A stretch of 50,777 nt of DNA, the filler included, from Jimgerdemannia flammicorona (Eukaryota): assembly GCA_003990765.1 (NCBI GenBank). It is 2 parts of 2 records of this genome, joined end to end, with 100 filler letters (N's around TTAATTAATTAA, not from the genome) between each part and the next. Parts side by side here need not be neighbours in the genome. Positions count along the whole stretch, not along the records: positions 1 to 25,339 come from RBNJ01000846.1; 1 more part is not named here. One strand, given 5' to 3'. Position 1 is the stretch's first letter. Each line of letters opens with the position of its first letter. This document shows, piece by piece, positions 13,097 through 24,503 of the stretch. Both the position numbers and the translations under genes were made by a program. The notes below the pieces were generated by a model. It was not told the origin of the DNA. It did no database searches and worked only from the letters and a program-made list of their open reading frames with translations.

Positions 13097-13499
13097 ACTC
13101 TCTCCTTCTTAGCTTTCAATGTCCTTATGGCCTTCTAATTTGTTCTAGTGTTGTTGTACTATTTGGATGGTTCTTGTGGCTATGTTTGTTGAGGATTTAT
13201 TCAACTTTGTACTCTTCTTGGTCATTGATAATGACAGGTACAGGTGGTTCTGTAGTTTAGTTCAGAAATATGTCTCAGACCTTCTAGAGTAAGGGTCTAA
13301 TATGGTTGTCAACTTTAAAAAAGTCTTCTTCAGAGTTCTCAGATTCTTCTTTGGATGGGCAGATAGAGATGGCAAAGAGAGGGCATTTCTTGGCCAATTT
13401 CTTGAGCTATAACTTATTAATGTGGGTGATCTTTGGTCCAGGGTCACTAGAGCTAAGTGAGTCCTTTTCACCTTATAGTTTGAAGTTATAATATCCTTT

Positions 13500-13835
13500 C
13501 TTGATGGTCAGAGAATGATTTATCCAATCAATCATAGGGTTCTCTTATTTCAACCATGGGGTTCCAAGGATGATCTCATTGTCAGGAAGTGATACAATCT
13601 GGAGGATAACATGTACTCAGTAATCACTAATTCTGAAGGGCAGATTGCGGACTTCCTTGCTAATAATATGTGAGGTTCCATCAGCTATAGCAACTGCTTG
13701 AGTTTGTTGTACTGGAGAGGTGAAGACTTTGAGTCTGCTGGCTGTTTCTTTATTGATGAAGTTGCCTGAGGCACTACTGTCTATCATAATCTTGACAGGT
13801 GCTCAGTTGATAAAAGCTTGAAGTGTAAGCAGTTT
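13500..13835 (-). pseudogene. Retroviral-type aspartic protease (decayed)
   Basis: KLLTLQAFIN*APVKIMIDSSASGNFINK...NEIILGTPWLK*ENPMIDW. Confidence 0.9.
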
Positions 13836-14048
13836 GTCTGATCCAATAGTAGTGATTTCAGTTGTAGGGGCTTTTCTTCTGTTGGTTCTTCTTTGAGCCA
13901 GTTCATTGATATAAGAGAAGCAATCATCAATCATTCAGAAAGAGTACATTCCAATACCATGAGGGCATTAGCCACTTGGTACATATCTGTCTTTGATTTT
14001 CTTATAGAATTGTTCTTCTTTATTCATGGTAGGTTGGGCTGGGGTCTT

Positions 14049-14459
14049 GTTTGATGAGCCAAATCCTTTGGATCCTTAGATGGTGGGCAGTAGTTCAGGG
14101 ACTTTCTTGACTATCAGGGTTGACTCAATTTTCTCAAATAGAATCTGGGCAATACAGAAACCAATGGAGATCTTGAAGGGTGTCCAACTATGGTTTCAGA
14201 TGAGAATAATAATTTCACCTGTGTAATCTTCATCAATGGCTCCTCCTTCTACTAAGAGTCCTTTCAATGCTAGGCTGCTGTGACAGCATATTCTTCCAAC
14301 ATATCTTTCAGAGATTTGGATGCTGATTTCTGTGTAGACTTGCTTGACTTCTCAGTTGGAGACTGTAGCTTCTTTGGCTGTATACAGGTCATATCCAGCT
14401 GCTTTTTGACTTTCTTTGATTGGGGTCTTAGCAGTTTGTCTTAACTTGACAAAGTCCAG
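14049..14459 (-). pseudogene. dut: Trimeric dUTPase domain (decayed) between gag and protease
   Basis: LDFVKL..AAGYDLYTA..GRICCHSSLALKG..GGAIDEDYTGEI..CIAQILFEKI..*GSKGFGSS: all five dUTPase motifs in order. Confidence 0.93.
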
Positions 14460-14519
14460 TGTTCTGGTGATCAGGTTATTGAGGTAGTGTAGAGTAGTAA
14501 TAGTTGCTCATATTGCTAT

Positions 14520-15780
14520 TTGGGGTTTTCAATTGGGGCAGGCACTGGCTATGTATTCTGTCTTTCAGCAATAGAAGCATGCTCTGCTTCTTTGAAGTTC
14601 ATTTCTTTCTCCTTCAGTAAGTTTCTTGAAGATACTCAGTTAGGTGGATTTATGATTTCTGGGTGTCTATGAGGTAGATATAGAGAGAGCTTAGGATGCT
14701 TCATACTTGGGTTCTTCTTTCTTAGTCCAAGTCTTTTCCTTATTGTTGAATTGTCTTCAGGGCAGAATTGGTCCAGCTGTTAGGATTCACTTGACCATAG
14801 TCTTGATTCTTGCTAGGCACCATTGTTGGTGATTGCAACTAACTGAGCAGCCTTGTTCTTGAATTTTTCTAGTAAGCCATTCAGATAGTGTATCAAATAA
14901 ATGGTCTGCTCTTGTACCATTTTGTACTTCATCATTGGTAATATATTCTAGGCCAACAGTGTTCAGGAGTGACTCAAGTTTTGTACAGAAGGTTTTGAAT
15001 TCTTCTTTACCATGTACATCAAATTTGAGGTTGTGGAGTTTTACTTGAGATTCAGCAATCATAGTTTTGCTACAGTATTGAGCAATTATGAGTTATTTGA
15101 GTTCAGGGGCTGCAGGATGGGTTCCATATCCTGGGGTATTATTTGCTGCATTCTGAGCAACTACTATAGGTCAGGTGTCCCATGTGAGGGGTTTTTCAGG
15201 AAGGGTTTGCCACCATTCTTCAGCAGATTCTCAGAAGAATATAACAACTTGGCAGACATAGACTATAGTGATAGCAAAGAGTTGTTCCAGAGTATGGTCT
15301 TGATTGTTTATCAGAAGGTAGTCAGCAACTCACTCATTGGTCCATTGATTGGCTTTGAAGTTGGTGTCAACTATACTAATAAAGCTTTGGACTTCTTGTA
15401 TAGTACCATTGAAGGTAGGTAGGCTCAGATTTTTGGTAGATCAAGTCTGTTTGGCTAAGATAGTAATGGTTGCTACCATTATTGCTACTTGGGCTGTAAG
15501 ATCTAGAATCTGTTGGTTTGCTATATTGTTTACTGGAGGTGATTGGACTACTAGTAGTAGTATTACTGGTACTACTTGAGATACTGGTGCAGAGTGTGAG
15601 AATATTCTTTGAGTCTGTGTAAGTTGCTGGAGTAGTAGTTGTGGGTCTGGAGTAAGAACTTGATAAATAGCTGTTTGTTGCTGTATAGGTGTGTTCTGTC
15701 CTGATGGAGGTATGTCTCCTTCAGTAGTATATCTGGGATCAAGTTTACTGAGATACTCCTCCTCCTCTTCAGTTTGGTCT
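14520..15780 (-). pseudogene. Gag (decayed) with C-terminal CCHC zinc knuckle
   Basis: KPKSEPTYLQWYY/LPTFNG-like region, FKTFCTKLESLLNTVG, and ACFYC*KTEYIASACP at ~14535-14582; start uncertain. Confidence 0.75.
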
Positions 15781-16470
15781 CCATGTAGTTGGGTTTGCTT
15801 AGCATCAAAGTAGACAGAATCAGTTGTATATCTGATTTTGGAAGGACTTAATTCAAAGTCAAGTTCTGGTTTAGTATTAGCTTCAGGTTCAGGTAGAGCA
15901 GTAGCAGGACCTGCTTCTGATTCAGAGTTGGGTAGTTGATAAAGGGTTTCTCTTGCTTCTTCTTTAAGAATATAGTGGGCCTTGCTATTCTGGAATTGGT
16001 AGTATAATGTGGTCTTGGTCCTGGTACAGTGAAAGTTAGTAGAGTTGAGCCACTTGACTATAGAGGCTTGGGCTTTATGAGAGACTAAGGCTAGAAAGAC
16101 TGCTGATGGTTGTCCTAGGTTGCTTGGATTTGTGAAGCTGACAAAACTCTTGTTGAGAAGAGTAAAGAAGGCTTCAATAAGACCTTCTTTGTTTTGACTT
16201 ACTGGATATAGAGCAAGGAGTTTGGTGAATAGGGTTTCACCTATTTGCTGATTTAACTAGAGTATTTCTTTCTTCAAATGACGTTTGTCCCACTTGTTAC
16301 AGATGTGGAGATCAAATTGTCCTTATACATCAGGTTCAATTCTCTTTAGATTGTCAGATAGTTCAGGATAAATTCCAGTTCAGAGATTGGGCTTTATACC
16401 AACTTGTAGGAATTCTCAGAGGGGTTTGTAGCAGGGTGAGAAAGCATCTTGAAGTGGAATTGGATTATAA

Positions 16471-16483
16471 ATCACTGCTACCA
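16471..16483 (-). promoter_or_regulatory. Primer-binding site, probably initiator tRNA-Met
   Basis: TGGTAGCAGTGAT begins 3 nt after the 5' LTR end on the minus strand. Confidence 0.75.
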
Positions 16484-16486
16484 AGT

Positions 16487-18084
16487 TATAAGAGAGTTGC
16501 TTTTTAGAGTAACCATTACATAGTTCTGGAAGGGTTTTCTAGAAGTTCTGGATATTCTGGAAGACTGTTTTCTTATGGTCAAGATCAATTTTGTATGGAG
16601 TACATCCTCTATACTTATTGATTTCAAGATCAGATTGATGTCTCAACCAAAGTCCTTTTTCAGACTAGTCCTGGATGTTCAGGATTTTCCATATTTCAGG
16701 AAGTTCAAGAAACTAAGACCAGCTTAGTTGAATTCGCATATTGCTGCAGACAATACCAAATTAGGAAATTTCATGACAGGGTTAGGAGTAGAATCTAACA
16801 GAGAGTAGATTTACTTAAGAGTAGTTTGTGGGTTATTAAATAAGTTTATTCACTATTCATAATATTGCTATATTAGGAGTAGTTGTATGAAGGGATATCA
16901 CATCTCTTTCTCCACTACCTTACTAGTCACAAGGTTTGGTAGGCAATCTTCCAAGTCTCCTTTCTCCTATTATTACCCCCTCTACCTCAGGTTGGTTTGC
17001 TGTACCTACAAGAGCATGGTGGGAGGAGGGCAATGGTGATAAGTTGCCCCTTTATCAATATCAGATCAGTGTCTTCTTCACTTTTTCGCAGTTTCTAGTG
17101 CCTTCAGTTGTATCTGGAGTGCATTCGTTTTGGTGTGGCACCTTCTTTCTTTTGCTATCACTAACAAGATACTGTCTTGATGCATCATGAGTTATATAGG
17201 GAGTCAGCCAACCTTGGGCATCAAGTGCTTAGTGTAGATTACCTATAGGTCCTCAGTGCCTGTGGTGGGACTCTCTGGCTTTGGCAAGCTTCCTGGCAAG
17301 CACAGTTCTAGCATAGGTGACTGTTTTTTGGATGTTATCAGGATGGGAGGAGAGATGGCCATCATAGATAGGAGGATGGGCAATAACAATGAACCAGTAG
17401 GGTGCTAGGCTGGGGGTGGTCATTGGGGCTGAGGCAGACAATATTTTGGTGGGGCCTTTCGATTGGTTGGTGGGGGGTGGAGTAGTGCAGGGGCCAGCAT
17501 CCTGGCTGTACCCAACTGGAACCAGGAGCTGATGCAGTAATACAATTGAGGCCCACAGGCTTAAAGAGTGGGGCCTTCTTCATTTAGTAGTACCTGACTA
17601 GAACTAGAAGCTGATATGGCAACATGATTGAGGCCCACAGGCTCAGGGAGTGGGAGTGGGGTCTTTTCTGGCCCTAGCCCATATATAAGTCCTTTGAGGA
17701 AGGTGCTGTATGTAAGTTCTTTACTTACCTGCTTTGAATCTACTTTGCTCTCTATTGGTTAGTTGGAGGGTTTTTTCTTTGCCTCAGACTTTCTTTTGGG
17801 GTTTGGGAGGCTATTCTTTATTCAGTCCCAGTGCTGCTAGATCTGATGTGTAGGTGTGCTCTCATGTGTAAATGATGATCTAGCCCTGGTGAGCAGATAA
17901 GTCTAGTCTATGTTGTAGGGATCAACATAGCTAGTGTTTGACAGGTATAGCTGAAGTGGTAGGACTGCTGGACAATTTAGTAGCCTAGGTTAATTGGGGG
18001 ATATTGTTCAGTGAGTAGTGGAGAAGGGTTTTGGCCTATATAGTCTAGGTTCCCTTCCAATAAAAATCTGCAGGACTATGAGTC

Positions 18085-18125
<41 letters not shown>

Positions 18126-19211
18126 AATATTATGGGGAAGTACTCAGAAGTTGTGTTCAGATTGTTCAGATCTGAGATTCTGAGGTCTGGGAGAGGGGGT
18201 ATTTATACTAGTGAGGGGCTATCTAGACTATGTTAAATATAAATATAGTACTTAGTACCTTGCTGAGTCAGAATATAGTTATATAGTATAAGTGTGATCT
18301 GATATACTAAGAGATCATCTGACTGCTGAGTCAGTTCACAGTCATGTCATATAAGGCTAATCTAACTATACTATAACTGCTAAGCTATTTATAGATTTAG
18401 ATACTGTCTAGTTAGTCTTTGATGATATCACTATTGATAACATCATCTCTGGCAAAGTCTGAGCAGTTTTCTAACTTCTGACATCATCAGTTTCAAGGTG
18501 TTATTACTTCTATCTCTTATAAGATTAAGGCTGTCCTTGGTAGTGGTGGTTGTACAAGGATAACAGATCTTGGTTCTCTTTTTTTTTAGCCTACTGGCAC
18601 ATTTGTGAGGACTGGCCATCCTTGTCTAGGGTGAGGGCTCCCAATATCATGGCTGGGGGTTCAAATCTCTTGGAAATGATATTTTCTATAATTCAAGGCA
18701 ATTTTTAGTAGTAATATCTGTTATGTGGATGGCTTGAGATTGGTTTCAACAATATTAGCTTTCTTAAGTTCAGATGAAGCATTCGTCACTCTCTAATAGA
18801 GGTGATACAGATAGAGCAAACAGAGTTGTTCAAATATGTTTTGCTTCCACTAAGTAATGAGATCTTGTATAGTCATAGTATATCTTGGTCTTGAGTTTGA
18901 TAAGTATAGTTCATGAACTTTGGTAAATAAGATAGGGTCCTTCTTGTCTCAGTTTGAGTTTGGTACTTTTAGTTTCCTTTTTATAATAATATAGTACACT
19001 AAACTAGTTATAGAGGTTCAGAGTTAGTCTTATGGTTGTAGTACTTCTTCTGGTATTCTTATGTCTTAGTAGTAGATTCTCATATTTGCTGGCATATTTT
19101 GTATAACCAGATGATCTCTTCAGTAACTTATTTTATAGCCTTATATGTGGTTTTTAAATTAGTTCTGAGGATGATATACAGTTTTGGTAGCTTGGAGGTT
19201 GTATACTTACA
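16487..19211 (-). repeat. 5' LTR of family B, interrupted by retroposon copy 2
   Basis: Matches 11610-13096 over its full length once 16901-18121 is removed; terminal TG mutated to TA. Confidence 0.95.
16901..18121 (+). mobile_element. 1.2-kb non-autonomous poly(A) retroposon, copy 2
   Basis: Poly(A) 18089-18121 after AATAAAAATC; TSD AAGGGATATCA (16890-16900)/AAGGAATATTA (18122-18132). Confidence 0.9.
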
Positions 19212-21195
19212 AGATTGGCTGTACTACTGAAATTATTATCAAGATAGTAGTATACTAATAAACTATAATCCAAAGCATATAAATCATATTTTAGGTTCTT
19301 GGAATAATCTCAAATAATTATATTTATCCAACAAGGCCAAAGTTATTCTTTGTGAAAAGATAAGTATCTGAATAAAGATATCTGAATTATGTAGTTTGAT
19401 GTAGACTTAGTTTGATAATATACTTGATCTTGATACCTATGGTATACTTACTCTTGAGTTAGTACCTATAATATAGAAATTAATAATTTGTATAATCTTC
19501 TATATAAGGTATTATATAAGAAAATAGTGCTTAGAATTGATAATATTTCAAGTATTGAACAATGAGCCAAGATTTTATATATTGAAGATTTATTTACTCT
19601 TTTTGAGTATAATACCAAAAAATTTCTTTTTGCAATTCAGACTCCTTAGTAACATCAAGTTTTTATTAAAGATAATATTATAGGCCAGCTAAAAAAGATG
19701 ATATGTTTAGATATAACATATGTATAATACAAATAAATATAGATATAGTCTTTTTAATATTATTTTTAGTAGATTTGATATTTCTGTTATATTTTATATT
19801 TCATCATATGATAATTCTAATATAATTGAAAAATGGTTAAAAAAACTCATGACTGATAATTACTAAAAGGTATTTCTATTGATAATGATTAGGCTGAAAT
19901 CAATATAGTATATAAATCTATACTGAGAGTATAGATACTTATCTATTAGTAATATATGGTAAGATTATAGTAAAAAAATATATATGAGAAGCTTATTACT
20001 AAAGAGAGGCTTAATAAACTAATAGAGAATTTAACTCAGCTAAAAGATTATGTTGAAGTTCATAATATAATTAATAATAATCTTTTATATAATAATGAAA
20101 AAGTTCAAAATACTATTACTCAATTTGAAGATAAGTGGCATACTGCTAGTGAAAATATTTTTATTAATTACTTTTTATGATATTGAGTTGAAACTGATGG
20201 AAAGAAAAAATGTGAATGAAAGGTTATTACTCTTATCCTTATCAACAAATTAATATTAATAATTTGATAGAGTCTTTTCAAATATTTTTATCTTAAAAAA
20301 AGATTAAATCTAAGGCTTAATATATTTATTTATCTGCTAGTTCATTATATTTTAGTTGATGTACAATGTGAATGTCTTACTAAAAGACTTAGTATTGGTA
20401 GAATGGCACCACAGGTTTATAATCAATATAAACAAGAGCTCTATAGTTAAGAAATTCCAAAAAAAAAAAAAAAAACAGATCATACATATGCCTGGTAATA
20501 TCTTTCTTATACAGTCACAGAATGCAGAACTTGATTATTCTGTTACAAGAACAAGGATGATGAATGAAACTGGCAATTATGAGCAGTTTATTTGTACTTT
20601 TTATAATTTTGAAAAACGTGATCTTGATTGTAAACATATTTATGCTATAATGACTTATTTTTTTCCAGAGCTCATAAAAATTTCAGATAGACCAGTTTCT
20701 GGTGAAAATGAACATCACAATGTCATCAGGCAATAGAGGTGTTGGCCAGGCTGCTGAAAACAGATTAGTATAGATGAAATTATGATGCAATTTAGAGGTA
20801 AATTGAAAACAATTGGAGAGGGATGAGCAAGGGAAATATGGCGGGAAGTAAAGTTTTGTATTAATAGATTTAAGGATAGAGGTGAATTTCAGCTACCGGA
20901 GAGTGATCACATTGCTCAGAATGAACGAGTTGAAAGGCAACAGTATTGAGGGGGACAATGCCATTGTTAATCAATACGTTGTATTTTGTCAGTATGATAA
21001 CTCAATGAGTGAGCGAGTCAATGAGTGAGCGAGTGAGTGATAAAGAGTTAAACATTTAATGGCAAGTAGTTAGGATATTCATATTAAATTGTCACATCAA
21101 TCTGTTGTATCGGGTCTTCGTATTTTGTGTTGTATCGGGTCTCCGTATTTTGGACGTTGTGTGACGACTCATGCCAAATCAGTCAAGAAATACGG

Positions 21196-21530
21196 AGAGG
21201 GGTCTCAAACCTCCTAAAATGATGAAGGACATCCTAGTGCAGCTGTCAATGACGATGAACGGAAGGTTCGGAAGCTTGAATCGATAGGATTCTTACATGC
21301 AGGTTTTTTATCATAGGTTTTTTTTTGTTTTTTGTTTTTTGTTTTTTGTTTTTTGTTTTGTGTCAAGCTATGTTTTGTCGCTTAACCTTTGTTATTATTG
21401 CTGCTTATTTACTCTAGGACTTTTGATACTACTCCTGAGGCTTGATTCTCCGGCTGGTTATATCTACCGCATTTCAAACGCGCTTGCCGTAATTCTACTT
21501 GTTTGGGCAGCAAATGGAAGTTATATATAT
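21196..21530 (+). pseudogene. 3' part of the REase-like pseudogene split by the MULE
   Basis: Reading resumes exactly after the TSD: ERGLKPPKMMKDILVQL..RKLESIGFLHAG/intron/LLILLLRLDSPAGYIYRIS. Confidence 0.7.
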
Positions 21531-22209
21531 TACTGATTGTTCATAAATATCCATTACTATATCTGATATACTTTGTGGCGAGGAGCTGGCGGAATTATAA
21601 TTGTAAGCTAAATCTAAATGTCCCGATCTAAAACTATCACTTTGGGCTTGACAGGCTTTGCTATTTCAGAGGAATGTAACCTGCAAGCGAATGAACAATA
21701 GTAGAATGCTCGGGTTTCACCCAGTTGATCGGCGCCTGTCTCACAACAATAGTATTAACGTATGTAGGAACCGCAGGAGGTTGAGGCAGATGGATATGAC
21801 TAAGAAAAACCTTGCGAAAATAAAAAACTCAATGCCTATGATCCGAATTCCACTACCCGACTTTTAAAAATTGCCACAAACTGACATTCAAGTTCCCGAC
21901 CGACCAACTCATGATAAGTCGATTAATGCCTCGTTCGACCTACCGACTTGTACGATTAATTGCGTTAAATATACCAATGGGATCCGCCAATCCGATCCGT
22001 TCGGAGAACCTATAGTTAATATTTATTTTCAAGGAAAGGGAGGGGGTTTTTAACCGATATGTTTAACTAGTATAATTATTATTAGCACGACCCAAAAAAC
22101 TGTTGTCGCAAATCATGTGGTCAAGGCCCCATGTCCATCAAGCGACTATTATATATTCGATATATGAACCCTGCCCCATCAGCTGTTGTTGACCCTCTCA
22201 TGCCACACA

Positions 22210-23604
22210 ATGGCCACCTCGTCTTCCCCACTCCCTCGCTACGCCCTGGCTGCAGCCCAGGCGCGCTTTGCTACTCTCAACCTCAACAACCCATTCAGCC
22301 GACACCGCGACATTCTCCTCTTTCACCTCCCACTCATTCTACCTTACCTGTCGAAAAAGGACCTATGGTGCTGTTGCACCCTCAATCACACTTGGGGTCG
22401 GGCCGCCAAACAGGTTTTATGGAGCTACCCCATCTTTGGTGGCGATACCACCACCTCTTTGAACGATTTTCGCACCTTTTTACAGTGCATTGAATTCGCG
22501 CGTGACGATACTCTGGCTCTCATTCGTGTTATTGACGTTGCCGACGTTGAAGAGACAATGTACGATACCATTGAAGGAACATGGCTGCGCACCATCGTCA
22601 CCCGCTGCCCTAATTTACACGCTCTTATTCTGCGTAAAGCTGAATTTCTCAACTCCCGCGCAGTTCGCTTTGCGGGAGTGGCCTCGAACCGATCCGTCCA
22701 GTATCTAGACGCGAGTTTTTGCCGTAACCTGACCGAGGTCACAATCAAGCAGCTCGCCAACTTATTCCCTTCGCTCAAAACACTCAAATTCGACCAAACC
22801 TCCGGCATCAACGATGCCTCAGTTTCACAACTTGTATATTCCTGCGATGAAGTACAACACCTTTCCCTTGGCTCTGCCCGCAACCTCACAGACACGGGTC
22901 TCTACGCTATCGCCAAATTTTGCAAGATCCGCCTTCGCTCCATCGACATTACATCCAACGTGAAGATTACTGATGCCGGCATCCTCGCCATCGCCAGATT
23001 CTGTATTCATCTCGAACGCCTCACTTTAACTTCCTGTGTTCTCCTGACTGACGTCTGCATCACGGGCATCGCCAAAGCAACCGCACGGACGCTTACCCAC
23101 CTTGATATCACCAACTGCAAAGGCTTGCGACTTGACCTGCCTGTGCTCTATACCCTCGCGAATAGCTGCCACAAACTCGACAATCTCGCGCTTTCCTTTT
23201 CGACGCTGAACCGCGACCATACGCATTCCAAGATGGTTCTCGAAGTTTTCCACGAGTTTCGATCGCTCCGGCATCTGATTTTGCACGACATTCCGGAACA
23301 TACGCCCATCAAGTTCGTGGCCGATTTAGTACACCAGATGGAAAATGGTGCATTGAAGCAAATCACATTGTATCGAGATTATTACACAAGTGATTTTATT
23401 ATGGGTGGGTACACTGATCTCAGGCAGACTGCGTCGCCAGTTAGAACCATGGTCGGTTCGGCATCGGCAATGATGGTGTATCGGAGCCCAGACGTGACGT
23501 CAAGGGAGGTAGAGAAGTTTAATGAAAGCATGAAGGGGAAAGTTGTGGTTAGGTTGCTAGAGAAGAAGGAATTATTACCCACCGTGGCGGCGGAGCAATG
23601 GTAA
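22210..23604 (+). CDS. F-box/leucine-rich-repeat protein (FBXL type), 464 aa, intronless
   Basis: Open frame from ATG 22210; F-box-like LPLILPYLSKKDLWCCCTLNHTWGRAAKQVLW followed by cysteine-containing LRRs (LDASFCRNLTE, LSLGSARNLTDTGL, IDITSNVKITDAGI, LTLTSCVLLTDVCI); CpG retained. Confidence 0.93.
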   Translation: MATSSSPLPRYALAAAQARFATLNLNNPFSRHRDILLFHLPLILPYLSKKDLWCCCTLNHTWGRAAKQVLWSYPIFGGDTTTSLNDFRTFLQCIEFARDDTLALIRVIDVADVEETMYDTIEGTWLRTIVTRCPNLHALILRKAEFLNSRAVRFAGVASNRSVQYLDASFCRNLTEVTIKQLANLFPSLKTLKFDQTSGINDASVSQLVYSCDEVQHLSLGSARNLTDTGLYAIAKFCKIRLRSIDITSNVKITDAGILAIARFCIHLERLTLTSCVLLTDVCITGIAKATARTLTHLDITNCKGLRLDLPVLYTLANSCHKLDNLALSFSTLNRDHTHSKMVLEVFHEFRSLRHLILHDIPEHTPIKFVADLVHQMENGALKQITLYRDYYTSDFIMGGYTDLRQTASPVRTMVGSASAMMVYRSPDVTSREVEKFNESMKGKVVVRLLEKKELLPTVAAEQW

Positions 23605-23941
23605 GGGTGTCTTCTGTAAAGACTCGCGGGAGAGGATTGCTGGGGACGAATGCTGGCGTGCAATTCACATAGCCACTTAGTAATGTCAGCGTATACATCA
23701 TTTTTGTAATTCGTGTCTTCCACGGAAAGTGTCGCTTTCATATTTCCATTGGATTTCAATCACATTTGCATGCGTTAAATACATAATGTATAATATAGTA
23801 TCATATTGGTAAATCATGCGAATGTTTGGAGAAAATATCTCGGAAACCAACTTTCCTAATTCAATATGTGATCGTGCGCGCGGCATTTGCAGCTCCTTTA
23901 CATAAATAACGAAGGACATGAACTCCTATTTTTGTTATGAT

Positions 23942-24457
23942 TTACAGCTTGGCATTAAGAATAGCCTCAGCACCGGACGGACCAACTCCAGGTTCAGTCT
24001 CGACACCAACATACTTGACAACTAAATTATCAACTACAATGGCGAACCTTTTAGCGCGAAGTTCGCCCATACCCACATGCTTCAAGTTCTGGGTCAGACC
24101 GAGCGCCGCACAGAACTCGCCGTTGCCATCACCAGCCATTATGATCTTGTCGTGGACGCCAACTACCTTTCCAAAAGCGTTCATGACGTATCCATCAGTG
24201 ATGGAAACACAGATGATATGGTCATAGCCTTGGTCCTTGAGCTCGGCGTGCCTAGTCAGGTAGCTTGGAACGTGTACCTCCTGGCAGGTCGGAGTAAAGG
24301 CGCCGGGGATTGAAAAGATAATGGCCTTTTTGCCCTTGAGGAAAGAGTGGGTCTTGAGGGTCACAGGGTGCTGGCATGCTTCAACACTAGCGCTAGGGTC
24401 GTGCTCGACGTAGTGAAGGATGACGTCGGGTAGCTGGTCACCAACAGAAATAGTCAT
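23942..24457 (-). CDS. AHP1: Peroxiredoxin, Prx5/Ahp1/PMP20 subfamily, predicted peroxisomal (171 aa)
   Basis: IPGAFTPTC peroxidatic motif, DGYVMNAFG, GDGNGEF, KRFAIVVDN; extra N-terminal Cys as in fungal Ahp1; C-terminal PTS1-type AKL. Confidence 0.95.
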   Translation of the reverse strand: MTISVGDQLPDVILHYVEHDPSASVEACQHPVTLKTHSFLKGKKAIIFSIPGAFTPTCQEVHVPSYLTRHAELKDQGYDHIICVSITDGYVMNAFGKVVGVHDKIIMAGDGNGEFCAALGLTQNLKHVGMGELRAKRFAIVVDNLVVKYVGVETEPGVGPSGAEAILNAKL

Positions 24458-24494
24458 GGTTCAAGTGGTGCGGGTTTTATGGAAACAGGGGTCC

Positions 24495-24503
24495 CTTTAT
24501 ATA
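24495..24503 (-). promoter_or_regulatory. Putative TATA box of the peroxiredoxin gene
   Basis: CTATATAAAG on the minus strand ~40 nt upstream of the ATG. Confidence 0.55.

Larger units (their letters stand above)
11610..19211 (-). mobile_element. Structurally complete non-autonomous LTR retrotransposon (family B): LTR-PBS-gag-dUTPase-protease-PPT-LTR
   Basis: LTRs 11610-13096 and 16487-19211 with TGTAAG...CTTACA ends; 5-bp TSD AGATT (11605-11609, 19212-19216); PBS at 16471-16483; PPT AAGAAGGAGAGAG beside 13096; internal region only 3.4 kb. Confidence 0.95.
10008..20949 (+). pseudogene. Decayed MULE transposase (pieces 10008-10335, 11535-11609, 19217-20949)
   Basis: N-terminal KNYSYHYTGSY...IGCTTEIII (FAR1/WRKY-like remnant rejoined across insertions), NNLIESF motif near 20255, SWIM-like FICTFYNFEKRDLDCKHIYAI at ~20590-20650. 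Confidence 0.75.
9867..21195 (+). mobile_element. MULE (Mutator-like) DNA transposon, ~2.5 kb net, hosting nested retroelements
   Basis: TIRs CCGTATTTC..TTGACTAATTTGGCATGTCGTCACACAACG (left) and CGTTGTGTGACGACTCATGCCAAATCAGTCAAGAAATACGG (right); TSD AGAGGGGGT (9858-9866)/AGAGGGGT (21196-21203). Confidence 0.85.

Noticed and set aside
22131..24313. Many overlapping or antisense ORFs (e.g. 22425-22895 -, 23382-23759 -, 23937-24227 +)
   Set aside because: Shadows of the two real GC-rich genes, with no motifs.
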